This document shows, in pieces, positions 40,256 through 51,386 of a stretch of 64,000 bases of DNA (position 1 is its first letter; every line of letters starts with the position of its first letter). Below the pieces are notes generated by a model. The model saw only the letters and a program-made list of their open reading frames with translations, had not been told where the DNA came from and did not search any database. The stretch comes from Neovahlkampfia damariscottae (lineage: Eukaryota): assembly GCA_016618085.1 (NCBI GenBank), contig JABLTG010000001.1, positions 310,001 through 374,000 on the forward strand, written 5' to 3'. A program made the position numbers and the translations under genes.

Positions 40256-40977
40256 TCAATCTAACATAAAAATTCTATTTGAAATATCATTTACTATCCA
40301 ATCAATTCCTTCTTTTAATCCATCACCTGTTTATTTACTTTTAATGATTTTATATTTACCTGTTATTGCACTACATTTCGAAGTTTTAACATTTCTATTT
40401 TCTAAATTTAAATTTTCATTCAAATACTAAATTATTTTAATTGGTGTAATAACTTACATTAGATATTTCTTCAATTGATAATTTATTTTTTAAATCTTGT
40501 TTATTTGCAAGTATTAATAAACTACATCCAGCTAATTTTTCTTCAAATAATAGTTTTGATAATTCTTCTTTACAATCTTTTATTCTTTCTGAATCTGAAG
40601 AATCAACTACAAATATTAAACCATCAGTTTCTTCAAAATAATCTTAAAATAATGACTTTATGAATTAATCTTACTTCTCCTTTTAAAATTAGTTACACTC
40701 TTCATTCTTCTTACCAGTATGTTCTTAACGTTGTTTGACCACCTTTTAAGAATGAATTATTTTAATGTGTAATACCTATATCCCAAAAATTTAATTTATA
40801 GTTTTTGTATTCCAATGTTTTGATATTGAAACCTAAAGTAGGAGAAATTTTATTGACATCTTCATTATTGAATTTTTTGACAAGAGTTGTTTTTCCAGAG
40901 TTATCCAAACCCAATACTAATATTCTCATCTCTTTTTCTTTTCTTTTTGTTTTTTTTATTATCGAAAGAAGACCCAT
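40256..40977 (-). CDS. ARL2: ADP-ribosylation factor-like GTPase 2
   Basis: 6 exons; [31 protein letters not shown]...[10 protein letters not shown]...[22 protein letters not shown]...LANKQD...CSAITG...[10 protein letters not shown]. Confidence 0.95.
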
Positions 40978-41035
40978 GGGAAACTGCACGTAAGATTGAA
41001 AAGTGAAAAGAGATGATTGGATAAATTTTATTCCT

Positions 41036-43593
41036 TTAAAAAAACTTTGAAAAATGAACTGATAAAACTTCTACATGATTTCTCAAAGAATTCTTTATAT
41101 TCTTTGAATAATTTTCAATTTTAATATTTTGATTAAATTTTCTTTTAAAGATTTCATTTGATCCAATCTTCAATACTTCATATTCTGACAATTTTGGTGG
41201 ATTTTGAATGATAAAATTGAATAAATCAATTAAAATCAAAATAATTTCATTTGAATTTAATTCAAAAATAATTTCATTAAAATTCGTCAAAGGATAAATC
41301 AAAAATTGTGATTTGTTCAATATTTTCAAAAATTGAATTGTATTTTCCATTAATATTTCTTGATTCATTGAATGATATGAATTCCAGTCTCCAATTAAAT
41401 TTGATAAAGCACTTAAAATTATTGGATAAAATTTTAATATTTCAAAAGGTGATTCTGAAATAAATAAAAAAAATGAATAAAAAATTGGATATTGAGAGAA
41501 TAATTTATCAATATATAAATCATATTTTGATGTTGGTTTTTTTGGTAATTTATACCTAAATTATTTTCCAGTCAAAAATGGAATGTACTTACTTTTCAAT
41601 GGACGGAATGACTAAAAATGATTCAAGTCTTTTATAAAGTTCATTTGAAAATATTTTCAAATTAAATTGAAAATCACTTGAAAATAAGTGACTCAATAAA
41701 TCAAGTATTTCAATTTCAAAATTATCTTCTTTTAATTTTTTCTTTTTTAAAATCGAAATTTTTTTTTCTTTCATTTGATTCAAAATTAAACTATCTGAAT
41801 CTCTTTTTTCAATATTTATAATTTTGTCATTTAAAAAGAAATTTAGTAAATCATTCAAAGATTCAAATTCAATGAATGGTTGTTTTGTATTTTCAAATAA
41901 AATGATTGATGGATCTTTGTTTGATATTTTATTATGCTTTGATAAAATAAATTCAAATAAAAAATTAAATATTTCCTTTGGATGTATTTTAATTAAAAAT
42001 GATACTATAGGTTTAGAATTAACAAATTAAAAAAATGAATCTTACATATTTTTTTAATTTTTGATTTATTATTTTTATCTGAAATAAAAAAAAATAATGT
42101 AATTAATGCATGAGTAAATGAGTTAGTTATTGAATATTCAATTCCAATAATATTTTTAAATATTTTTAAATAAATATCAAATATCTTTTCATTTTCTTGT
42201 AAAATTGAAAATAGTAATTTCCAATGATTTATTAATTCAAACTTTAATTCATGATTATTAAAATCAATCCATTGTATTAAATTATTAATTAAAGTATTAT
42301 TATTTAAATTTAAAAATAGATTTTCAAAAAAACTAAATCATTTAAATAATTTACTCTTCCTTACTTTTTTGAGAATTGATTAAAATGAATTGAATAAATA
42401 TTAAATAGATGTTGGATATATTCAATTTCAAATTCAAAATTCTTTAATAAATGAATTAATATTTCAATGGAAACGAATTCATTTTTTTTAATTCCAATAA
42501 TTTCAATTAATTTTTTAAAGATCATTTTATTCTCTTCATTATTATTCAAATAACTGAATAGAGTATTTAAATTTATGGAATAAATAAAATTTAAATTTTT
42601 GAATAAGTATTTCAATTGATCCATTTCCTTTATATTATTTTTTAAAAGAAAATTTAAAAATTCAATTGAGTCATTGTAATTTGGATCATATAAGTTATAC
42701 TCTTCATCATTTAAAAAATTAAAATAAAAATTAAATTTTCTTAAAATGGCAATCAACATTTTTTCGTTTTTTTTGAATAATAAATTTAAAAAACCGAAAC
42801 AATTTGATATTAAAATTAATAATTCAAAATCACTTAAATTACTTAAATCAATTAGATAATTAAATTTTTTTAATATCCATTCTAAACAAGTAAATTCTTT
42901 TGATAAATCGATCAACTTTATGAATTTTTTGAATTGTTGAAAGTCTTTTAAAACTAAATCTAAATCAATTAATTTTTCTGTTTCTTTTATTCTTTCTTTT
43001 AAATTTTTTAAAATTATATCAACACTCTCTTTTGGATTTTCATAAGTAAAATAACAAAAAATGAATTCATTTTTCAAACTTGTTTTTCTTTAAAAAAAAT
43101 AATTAAATTACTCATTTAAATCTATTTCTTTATCATAAATGGTAAAGTATAAAGATGAATAAAAATTAAATATTTTTGAATTCTCTACTTGTTCAATCTT
43201 ATTTTCAAAATTTAAAACATTTTCTATTTTTCTTTTTTTCATTTTTTGAAGTTCAAAATCATTCAAATTCTTTAAAATATTCTTATATCTTTAATTATTA
43301 TTGTTTTTTACTTTTTTTAAAATTTCAGTGAACTGTTTATTATTTCTCAGTTTTAAGAATATTTTTGATATTAAATCAAATAGTAGTTGTTCATTTTTTG
43401 AATAATTCTTCATTCTGTGATGTAAATCAATTAAAGTTGAAAATAATTTATTTAACTTTTCATCCACAATAGTATCTTGTTGTTCTTTTGTAAATAATTC
43501 TATCATTGATTTCTCAATTGAATTCAAAAGTTCTGAGTTTAAGTCATAAGACACATTCTTTAAAGAATAGAATAATTCATCATCAGAATACAT
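41036..43593 (-). CDS. INTS5: Integrator subunit 5-like helical-repeat protein
   Basis: 6 exons; the C-terminus [25 protein letters not shown]...LSNLIGDW...[12 protein letters not shown]...[18 protein letters not shown]...FKRKF parallels the INTS5 C-terminal domain as I remember it. Confidence 0.65.
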
Positions 43594-43641
43594 GTATGAA
43601 GTCAAACAAAAAATGAAGAAATTCTATTGGATAATGATACT

Positions 43642-44568
43642 TTACTCTTTTATTTCATTTTTTCCAAATGCCACCATATTAAATAAATAAGGTTGATTTG
43701 AAATAGACATGTATAACTTTAATATTTCAGCAACATCAAATACAAATTTTTCTTTTGATGTTTTCATTCTTTTTATAGGTTTTGATCTTCTTGAATCCAT
43801 TTCATATAAAATATCATTTTTTATTATAAAAGAAATGAAATGATAAAATACTGTTGGTTCATCATTTTCAGTTTTTATGATTAAATAATTCACTCTTTTA
43901 GTTGAATTTTTTTTTATTTTAGCATTTGGGTTGGAGGCCAATAAATGACATTTTGATAATTCTTTTGAATATTCTAATTCTTTTGATATCTCTTTTCTTT
44001 TTAAATTTTTCGTTTTTTTTAAAAATTCATCTAAAGGGGATGACACTTTTAATTTCAATTCATTTAAGTTGTTTGATAAAATATGAATTAAAGATATACC
44101 AGCACATGAATTACCAATAGTTTGTTCAATAAAATACAAATCATCTTGAATCATTTCCTTTTCTTCTTCTTCTTTTGGATTTAAGAATTCATTTTCTTTA
44201 TTCTCTTTAAAATCAATCTAGTGAAATAGTTAACAATATTATTTTTTTTTCACATTTTTACAAACAGGCATACAACAAACGACACCAAATACTTCTTTTG
44301 GTAACATTTTTAAACAATCTTCATCAAGACCAAATACATCAAAAAACTCACATTCTTTTGTATCATAACCAAGTAAATTTAAATAGTTGTTTAAAGTTTT
44401 TGGTGTGTTTTCAATTTTTTCCCAATCTTTTGGTTGATCTGTTTTGAACTCAATTGACACTTTTTCACCTTTTTTTACTTTGTGATGAATATATTGACAT
44501 TTCTTTCCTTTTTTACAACCTCTTTTTGTATTAAAATCTTTACAGAGTTCGTGTATGTTTCCAGACAT
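43642..44568 (-). CDS. CCCH zinc finger fused to a UCH-family (peptidase C12) deubiquitinase
   Basis: 2 exons; C-x8-C-x5-C-x3-H (CKDFNTKRGCKKGKKCQYIH), then WEKIENTP...FFDVFGLD...QTIGNSCAG...HFISF...LYEMDSRR. Confidence 0.88.
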
Positions 44569-44651
44569 TTTTCAGTTTTGAGTTGTAAATTTTTTTATCC
44601 AATAAAAATAAAAAACCAATAGAAACAATTAGTGCTTTTGTTGACAAATTT

Positions 44652-46352
44652 TTATTTACATGAATTTAAAATACCTTCTAAATGATCAATTGAATGTCTT
44701 ATGAAAATAGTTTTACTTTCATTTTTACAATCACACAAATTATCTGAATGTGAAAGACAAACGAATTCTGATTTGCATTTACATCCAACATAAGAAAAGA
44801 AACAATCTTGATGACAATGTGAACATAATCTATTTTCTTTTTGTGGTTTTGTTTTTCTTGTTGAAAAAGATTCTCTTTTTTTCAATTCAACTTTTTCTTG
44901 ATTTTTTATTCCCTTCTCTTCAATTAATTTTTTGAGGGATAATTTTTCTTTTTTGATCAATGATTTGAAATTAACTTTAATCATTTGTGCAACTTCAGAA
45001 TCTAAATTTTTATAATCCAATAATGCATTATAATTCAATTGTTCATGTGAAAATGCAGAAGGTCGATGAATATTAAAATAATCTTCTGTTGCATTTCTTC
45101 CATAGGGTAACCAATTTGGTAATACTAAATTGACAGATTCCGCACAATTGAATCCTAAAATATTAATATTTCTTTTCACTTTACCCTGATTAAAACCAGC
45201 ATGATAAGATTGTGGACATGTAAATATATATTCACCTTCATTATGAGTCAATGTATAAATTGGTATGTTATTTTCATGACAAATAGATGGTGAAAACATT
45301 GTAACTAATGAATGAAGTAAATTTGGTTGATATTCAAACAAATGTGGTAATTTTTGTTTCATCAAAGTTTCAAATTTAACAGCAGCACTTGCAGGAATTG
45401 CATACCAAGTTTTAGGTGCACCAAAATGAATATAATTTGTTGAAAATAAATAATTATCTTCTGTATGCCAACAAAATGATGAAAATAACATTCCAACATA
45501 CATCATTGGTGAAGTAATTCCTTTTTGAATTTAATTTAAAATTCTTTTTTTACCTGGTATTTTTTGATACAAATACTTTAATAAAGAATCATCAACTATT
45601 GGAAGATTATTTAAATTCCAGCCACTATTCCAATTTTTTGAAAATCCAGAATGATGAGAGAGAATATCTAAATCTGATCCATAAAATACTCTAGTTTCTT
45701 TTGTTCCTTTTGTAACAATATCCCAATATTCCATTTCAACATCTTTTAAACTGGGTTCTTCTTTCTTTTTCAAATAATTCACACCATTTATTCTTCTTAA
45801 CCCACCTTTTCTTGCTAAACGTCTTCTAATTGGATTAGGTAAATTTTCTTTTGAAGTTTTTGATTTTCTTTTCATTTCAAATTTATAATTTTCTTCAAAT
45901 TCATTTGCTATTTTGGAAAAAGTGTACAAACTAAACTCTGACTCATTCATTTCATATCCAAAAGAAACTTCATCAGATTTGGTCCATGCACATTTTCCAC
46001 CAGTTTCTAATTTTCGTTTTTTTCTTCCACTGCTTTCCACTGAGCTTGATCTACTCGGTGAAATTTCTTTTGTTGGATCAAAATTGTTTCTCTCTTGAAG
46101 TTGGTGAATATTTTGTATTTTAGTTTGGAATTTGAAATCTCGCTTATTTAAATTTGATTTTATCACCACTTCTTCAGGCGGAACCACCTTAAATAATCCA
46201 TATTTTTCTGCTTTTGGATATAAAGATTCAAGATACTTCAAAGGATCTTCAAATTCTTCAACAGTCGGATAAAATGTTGGCGCTTCAGGAAGATCAATTC
46301 CAAAATTTGTTATTTTCATAGATTTTTCCAATTCTGATCGATTTCTTTTCAT
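44652..46352 (-). CDS. KDM5/JARID1-type histone demethylase (JmjN + JmjC + C5HC2 zinc finger)
   Basis: EAPTFYPTVEEFEDP; YGSDL; GWNLNNLP; PGITSPMMYVGMLFSSFCWHTEDNYLFSTNY; KTWY; YHAGFNQGFNCAESVN; terminal CSHCHQDCFFSYVGCKC...CLSH...CDC. Confidence 0.92.
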
Positions 46353-46648
46353 GTTGTGCGAAACTTTGCACTTTAGCTTCAAGTTTTGTTTGATTGGTTT
46401 ACGTAACTCAATCTGATTGGCTGTCGTAAATGTTGAGATTTGGTGAACAAAAATATTTTCATCATTTTGAAGACTAAAACCTAGAAGTGTCCTCTACGAT
46501 GCTATTGAAAATTTAATGTAACGAGTGCATTAGTTCCGACTTGGGTTTACTCGAATTGAGGCACAAGTTGCCATCACCAGGTTGTCAATTCAAATTTTGA
46601 TAATTAATCAAATACAATTCAATCTTGAAATAGCAAAATAATCAGTTT

Positions 46649-46938
46649 TTATTCATCCACTTGATCCTCAAATATATCTAATGATTCAACGCTGGAATCT
46701 GGATCTTTTTCCACGATAAATGATTCATTTTCAAAAAAACGTGATTCTTCAAATACAAAACCTTTGGACGTATCAGGATATTTTTGTTCTTCTTTTGATT
46801 TTTCGATTTTTTTTTTGTTCGTCTTTTTTTTTGCTTTTGGGGAATAAACTTGAACCTAAAGGGTGAATTTCAACAAATGTTGGGTACTTTTTTGATTTGA
46901 CAAGTTTTAAGCAACTCTAACTTTCTAGTTTCTTTCAT
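46649..46938 (-). CDS. Small 85-aa hypothetical protein (basic N-half, acidic C-half)
   Basis: ATG at 46938; intron 46856-46887 gives an open frame MKETRKLELLKTCQIKK|VQVYSPKAKKK...DIFEDQVDE*; an E2F-like site sits immediately upstream. Not in the ORF track. Confidence 0.55.
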
Positions 46939-46947
46939 TTTTGGCGG
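46939..46947. promoter_or_regulatory. E2F-like site TTTTGGCGG
   Basis: Directly upstream of the ATG at 46938 (- strand). Confidence 0.5.
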
Positions 46948-46970
46948 CCCAATTTAATTTTGATTGAGTT

Positions 46971-49149
46971 TTATTGGCCAATTTTTTCTCCACTTTGACA
47001 AGAATTTATTGATTCAAAAGAAGTTTCATAACCAACTTTCTTCAGCATTTGATATCTTTCTTTCACTTCATTTAATGATCGGTTCAATTCTTTCGATTCA
47101 ATAACACTTTTCCAATCTTCAGTCTTATTTTTTCCTTTTGACCACATTCGAAGAATAAGTCTGTCTTCGCTCTCGGTCCAAGGAATACATTGAGAATCTT
47201 CAATTTCTTCATCTGATGATGAATCGATATCTTCAGTTTCAAATTCAATTTGCGAAGATGATAGAGGAGGTTCCAAAGATTTTTGCAAAGAATCCAATAA
47301 TGAGTATTTTTCAACATTTTCTACATCAAATGGATGTAATACTTCATGATTTGAATCATCTTCATCAGAATCAATATCTTCATAATCAAATGATATTTCT
47401 CCATTTTTTGAATTTCCAATTTGACTCCAATCTATTGATTGATTTGAAAAATCTGGTAAAGAAATATCTGGTACATCCAAAATTGATAAATTCTGTTTTG
47501 TTTGAATTGTTTGTTGAATCGGTTTTATCTGTTGAATTACAGGATTTCTTGATAATGCGAGTTTGAAATTTTGTGGTCGAGATTGCATTGTATTTGGAAA
47601 AGTTGTTAGATTTTGATTCAATTCCTTTGATTCTTTGAAAAAATTCTGGGGTATAGGTGGTATAATTACCACATTATTTGATTCTTTTTGAATATTATTG
47701 TCATTCAATTCCAACCATGCTTTTTTTAAAAATGAAGGAGGTCTTTCTGGTAATAGATTTGTGCTAATCAATTCAAATTCATTTCCATAAAGTGCTATAC
47801 CTCTTCTTAATAAAACTTCTTCATTTTCTGATAAACTCTTTTTCATAAACTTTTTTGTTGACATCCAAAGTTTAATTGGATTATTGGATGAACCTCTTTG
47901 ACACATATTCTTGTATCGATTGATCAATTGTTTTTCTGATTTTGTTGGTAAAACATTAATTTTAATGGATGCCCAACGAGTTGTACCATATTTTTCGAGA
48001 CCCAATGCAAGTAAAGAATCTTCTGCATTTGTAAATGTAACATTTTTCTTTTTTTCAGTATCAATTTTCAACAATTCTTTGTCAAAATATTTTTTATCAA
48101 GAAAAGGTTTGAAAACAATTTCAAAATATTTTTCTGAATTAACAACTTGTTTATCTAATTGTTTCATTGTTTCCATAAAATTATCTACTAATTCAAAACC
48201 TTGAAAATCAAAAACAGAATGAACATTTAACATTAAATTAACATTTAAAGGGAATTTCTTTTGACTTCTTGTCATTCTTTTTGATTCTTCATCAAAAGAA
48301 GCACGAAATGATTTCCAAAATAATGCATGTTTTCTTCTTTCTTGTATTTCAATAATGAGTTTCCTTTGTTCATCCAATTCATATTTTGATTTTGAATTTA
48401 ATAAGTAATCTTTCTTTAAAACTGAATAAACTTGTAGCAGCAATTGTAAATGAATTTTAATTTGTTTTTCAATTGTTTTATGTATATCTTCTGTTAATGG
48501 AATGACATTTGTTTCTTTGTCATCCATTGCAGGAACTAATGGTTTTATAGGTTGAAAACTTTTTATAACTTTTGGTTTGAATTTTTTTCCTCTTCTTGTG
48601 CTTGGAATTGGAAATTTATATTTTGGAACAAAAAGTGATGTTAATTCTTGTGAACTTACTTTTACACCATGATCTTTTCTATATTCTTCAATTTCTTGAA
48701 CTGGTTCAGGTACTCTTTCATCTTCTGAAAAAGTATAATCAGAGTCATCATCCTCTTCATCAAAATCAAGTTCAAGTGTTGGATCAAATGATTGTAAGAA
48801 CTTTTTATAAACTGAATCATTGGAATCAAAATCTTCTTTTCCTTTTGTAAGTTCTGTTTTTTGTGTTATTGTTGGACTAGTTTGTTGTGAAAGCGATTCT
48901 GTTTCTGCTATTAAATTTGATATTTCTTGTGGTAATATTTGATCAAACTCGGAGTTTAAAAATAAATTTTCATCATCCTCTATCTGATTAATTGGTTCAA
49001 AATCTTCATCTTCTTCATCCTCTGAATCAATATCTTCTGATAGAAGCATGGACAAGGATTTGGTTCTTTTTGGTCAATAATTTGTTTTTTATTTACTTTT
49101 CAATCTTATTTAGTTCTTCAATCAGAGCAGATGGAGACCCTTTCCTCAT
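46971..49149 (-). CDS. GON4L/YARP/DUO3-like SANT/Myb protein
   Basis: 2 exons; EEYRKDHGVKVSSQELTSL, QIKIHLQLLLQVY, FTNAEDSLLALGLEKYG and C-terminal WTESEDRLIL match GON4L-type motifs. Confidence 0.75.
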
Positions 49150-49293
49150 GTTTTTTGGTTCGAAACAAAACAAATTCTTATTGGATAAAGTTAGTGATGT
49201 AGAATCAAATAAAAAAAATTGGACCTTCTGGGCATCTCTGAGAAAAATCTATTTTTAAGGTTCATAAAAAGTGAAAAGTGCAAAAGAATTGTA

Positions 49294-49303
49294 GGCGGGA
49301 AAA
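49294..49303 (-). promoter_or_regulatory. E2F-like site TTTTCCCGCC
   Basis: GGCGGGAAAA on +, about 145 nt upstream of the GON4L-like ATG, beside a CCAAT motif. Confidence 0.6.
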
Positions 49304-49401
49304 ATTGTCCAATAAAAAGGAAATAAAGAAAAATCTGAAGATTGTCAATAGGAGAGCATCAAAACTGCAGTATTGTGAATTATGTCTTTTTCAATCAAAA
49401 T

Positions 49402-50769
49402 TTAATCATATCTTTTGTGATAACTTTCGCAAAGTCGGCAAATCCAACTATTTTTACCTTTTAAAATAAAATCTGTGTTGGTGTATCTAAGAAATTTTTT
49501 GGAGATTCCTTTTGATCTCCAATGTCGAAGTTGTGCCATTTTCTTTTTATCTTTAACCAGTTTTTTAAGATACTTTGCTAATTCTGATGGTGAGTATTCA
49601 TTTGCATTGATAACAATTTTATCGTTTACCGGAGAAAGATCATGGATTTTTGGTGAACCCAAAACAATTTGAATAGTATCAGTCATCAGAGTTCCAAAAT
49701 ATTTTTCAGTAGCATAATCAGTTTCAACAAAATTTTCAAAAGAAAGAGTGAAATAATATTTTGCTTGTTGTTTCAATTTAAATCCTCTTCCTTGTTGACT
49801 TATTTTGATATTATTAAAACATTGACCATAATGATGAATATCAATATATTTTGATAATGCCTTGACATAATTATAACGAACACCAGTTTCAGGTCCATAT
49901 CTTCCTTTACAATTGGAAATGAAACTAGAAACTAAAATTGTATCATTCTTCTTATCAAATATTGGTGGTCTAGATAATAACTCTTCCATTGATTCGATAG
50001 TATGATCATATGTTCCCATAACATCATAAACGTAACTTATGATAACATCCGAAAATAAACTGGTTGATACAATAAAATCAGGTTTTTCCAATTTTTCGTA
50101 ACTCAAACCAACATATCTTTCAACTGATTCTAATGTTAACATTGCAAATTTTTTAGATGTATTTTTTACGAGATCATCAACATCGTTCTCAACTCCAAGA
50201 ACTATTTGAGAATCTTTATAGTATTCTTTATCTTGTGTAAATTTACAAGAAACTGGACAATCTTTAGTCCAGTCATCTGAAAATAATTTCAAGTGACCCC
50301 ATCTCATGTTTAACAAATGGTGAGCATTGAAAATTATTATTGGATTTTTTGAAGTTCTCTTTATTTTTGGTTTCCTATTTTTCAATGATTTTTGAATATT
50401 TATCCATCTTTTACGAAGCAAATTTTGACGAATTAAATCTTCTTCTGATGATTTTCTCAATAACTTTAGTGCCTTTATTTCGACTTCGTCTTGAGTAGTT
50501 TTTTCTCCTTTAATCTCAATATCTGAGGATTTTATTCTTTTAAATGAAAATTTTGTATCTTCATGAACAAATAAATTCTTCTTTTCCTCAGTCTCAGTTT
50601 CGGTTTTTTTTTGGACTGGATTCTTTATTTTTGTTTGATCTTTTGTGTTTTGTTTTGGGTTAACTTCAACATCTTTTGTTCTTGATAAATGTGTCAGTGT
50701 CATGGACACAGTATATACAAACAGTAATACCAAAATCAAGTAGAAAATGCGTTTCAGGTTGATGTTCAT
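49402..50769 (-). CDS. GT10 alpha-1,3/4-fucosyltransferase, type II membrane protein
   Basis: Intronless; N-terminal TM segment, FISNC...RYNYVKAL...HYGQC and the alpha3-FucT motif YYFTLSFENFVETDYATEKY. Confidence 0.9.
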   Translation of the reverse strand: MNINLKRIFYLILVLLFVYTVSMTLTHLSRTKDVEVNPKQNTKDQTKIKNPVQKKTETETEEKKNLFVHEDTKFSFKRIKSSDIEIKGEKTTQDEVEIKALKLLRKSSEEDLIRQNLLRKRWINIQKSLKNRKPKIKRTSKNPIIIFNAHHLLNMRWGHLKLFSDDWTKDCPVSCKFTQDKEYYKDSQIVLGVENDVDDLVKNTSKKFAMLTLESVERYVGLSYEKLEKPDFIVSTSLFSDVIISYVYDVMGTYDHTIESMEELLSRPPIFDKKNDTILVSSFISNCKGRYGPETGVRYNYVKALSKYIDIHHYGQCFNNIKISQQGRGFKLKQQAKYYFTLSFENFVETDYATEKYFGTLMTDTIQIVLGSPKIHDLSPVNDKIVINANEYSPSELAKYLKKLVKDKKKMAQLRHWRSKGISKKFLRYTNTDFILKGKNSWICRLCESYHKRYD

Positions 50770-50907
50770 TGATCAATTCGTCCAATCAAATACTTCTTTT
50801 TCAAAACGTTATTTTCAAATTGAATCAAATAAATTCAAAATTCTAAACTGATCAGTTAATTGATTGCAAGTATATCACAACGACAAAAAAACTAATTTGA
50901 TCCAATC

Positions 50908-51385
50908 ATGTATCGCCAACTTTTCAAAACAAATTTACGCTCAACACAAAGTCAAATTCAAAAATTTTCAAAAACACAATTCCTCAATTCAAAGATTGTA
51001 ACTATAACTCCTGAAAATTTTGACAAAGAAATTGTTGAATCCAAAACTCCAGTTTTAGTTGACTGTTATGCAGGTAAACTATTTTTATATGTTTAAAACT
51101 CAGATTGGTGTGGACCTTGTAAAAGTAATTAATATAATTTCATTTCTAAATCCTAAAGTGTTGACACCAGTTCTTCAAAATATTGCTTCAAAAAATTCAA
51201 ATATAAAAATTACAAAAATTGACGTTGATCAACACAATGACTTGATTGAAGATAAATTTCCAAATCAATCAGTACAAAGTATTCCATATGTTATTGGTGT
51301 AGTAAATGGAAAAGCTGTCAATCATTTTGTTGGTTTATTGTCTGAAGAAAAAATTAATGAATTCATTAAAACATTAAAAGAATAA
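50908..51385 (+). CDS. Mitochondrial-type thioredoxin
   Basis: 3 exons; PVLVDCYADWCGPCKMLTP...KIDVD...VQSIP; presequence-like MYRQLFKTNLRSTQSQIQKFSK. Confidence 0.9.
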
Positions 51386-51386
51386 A

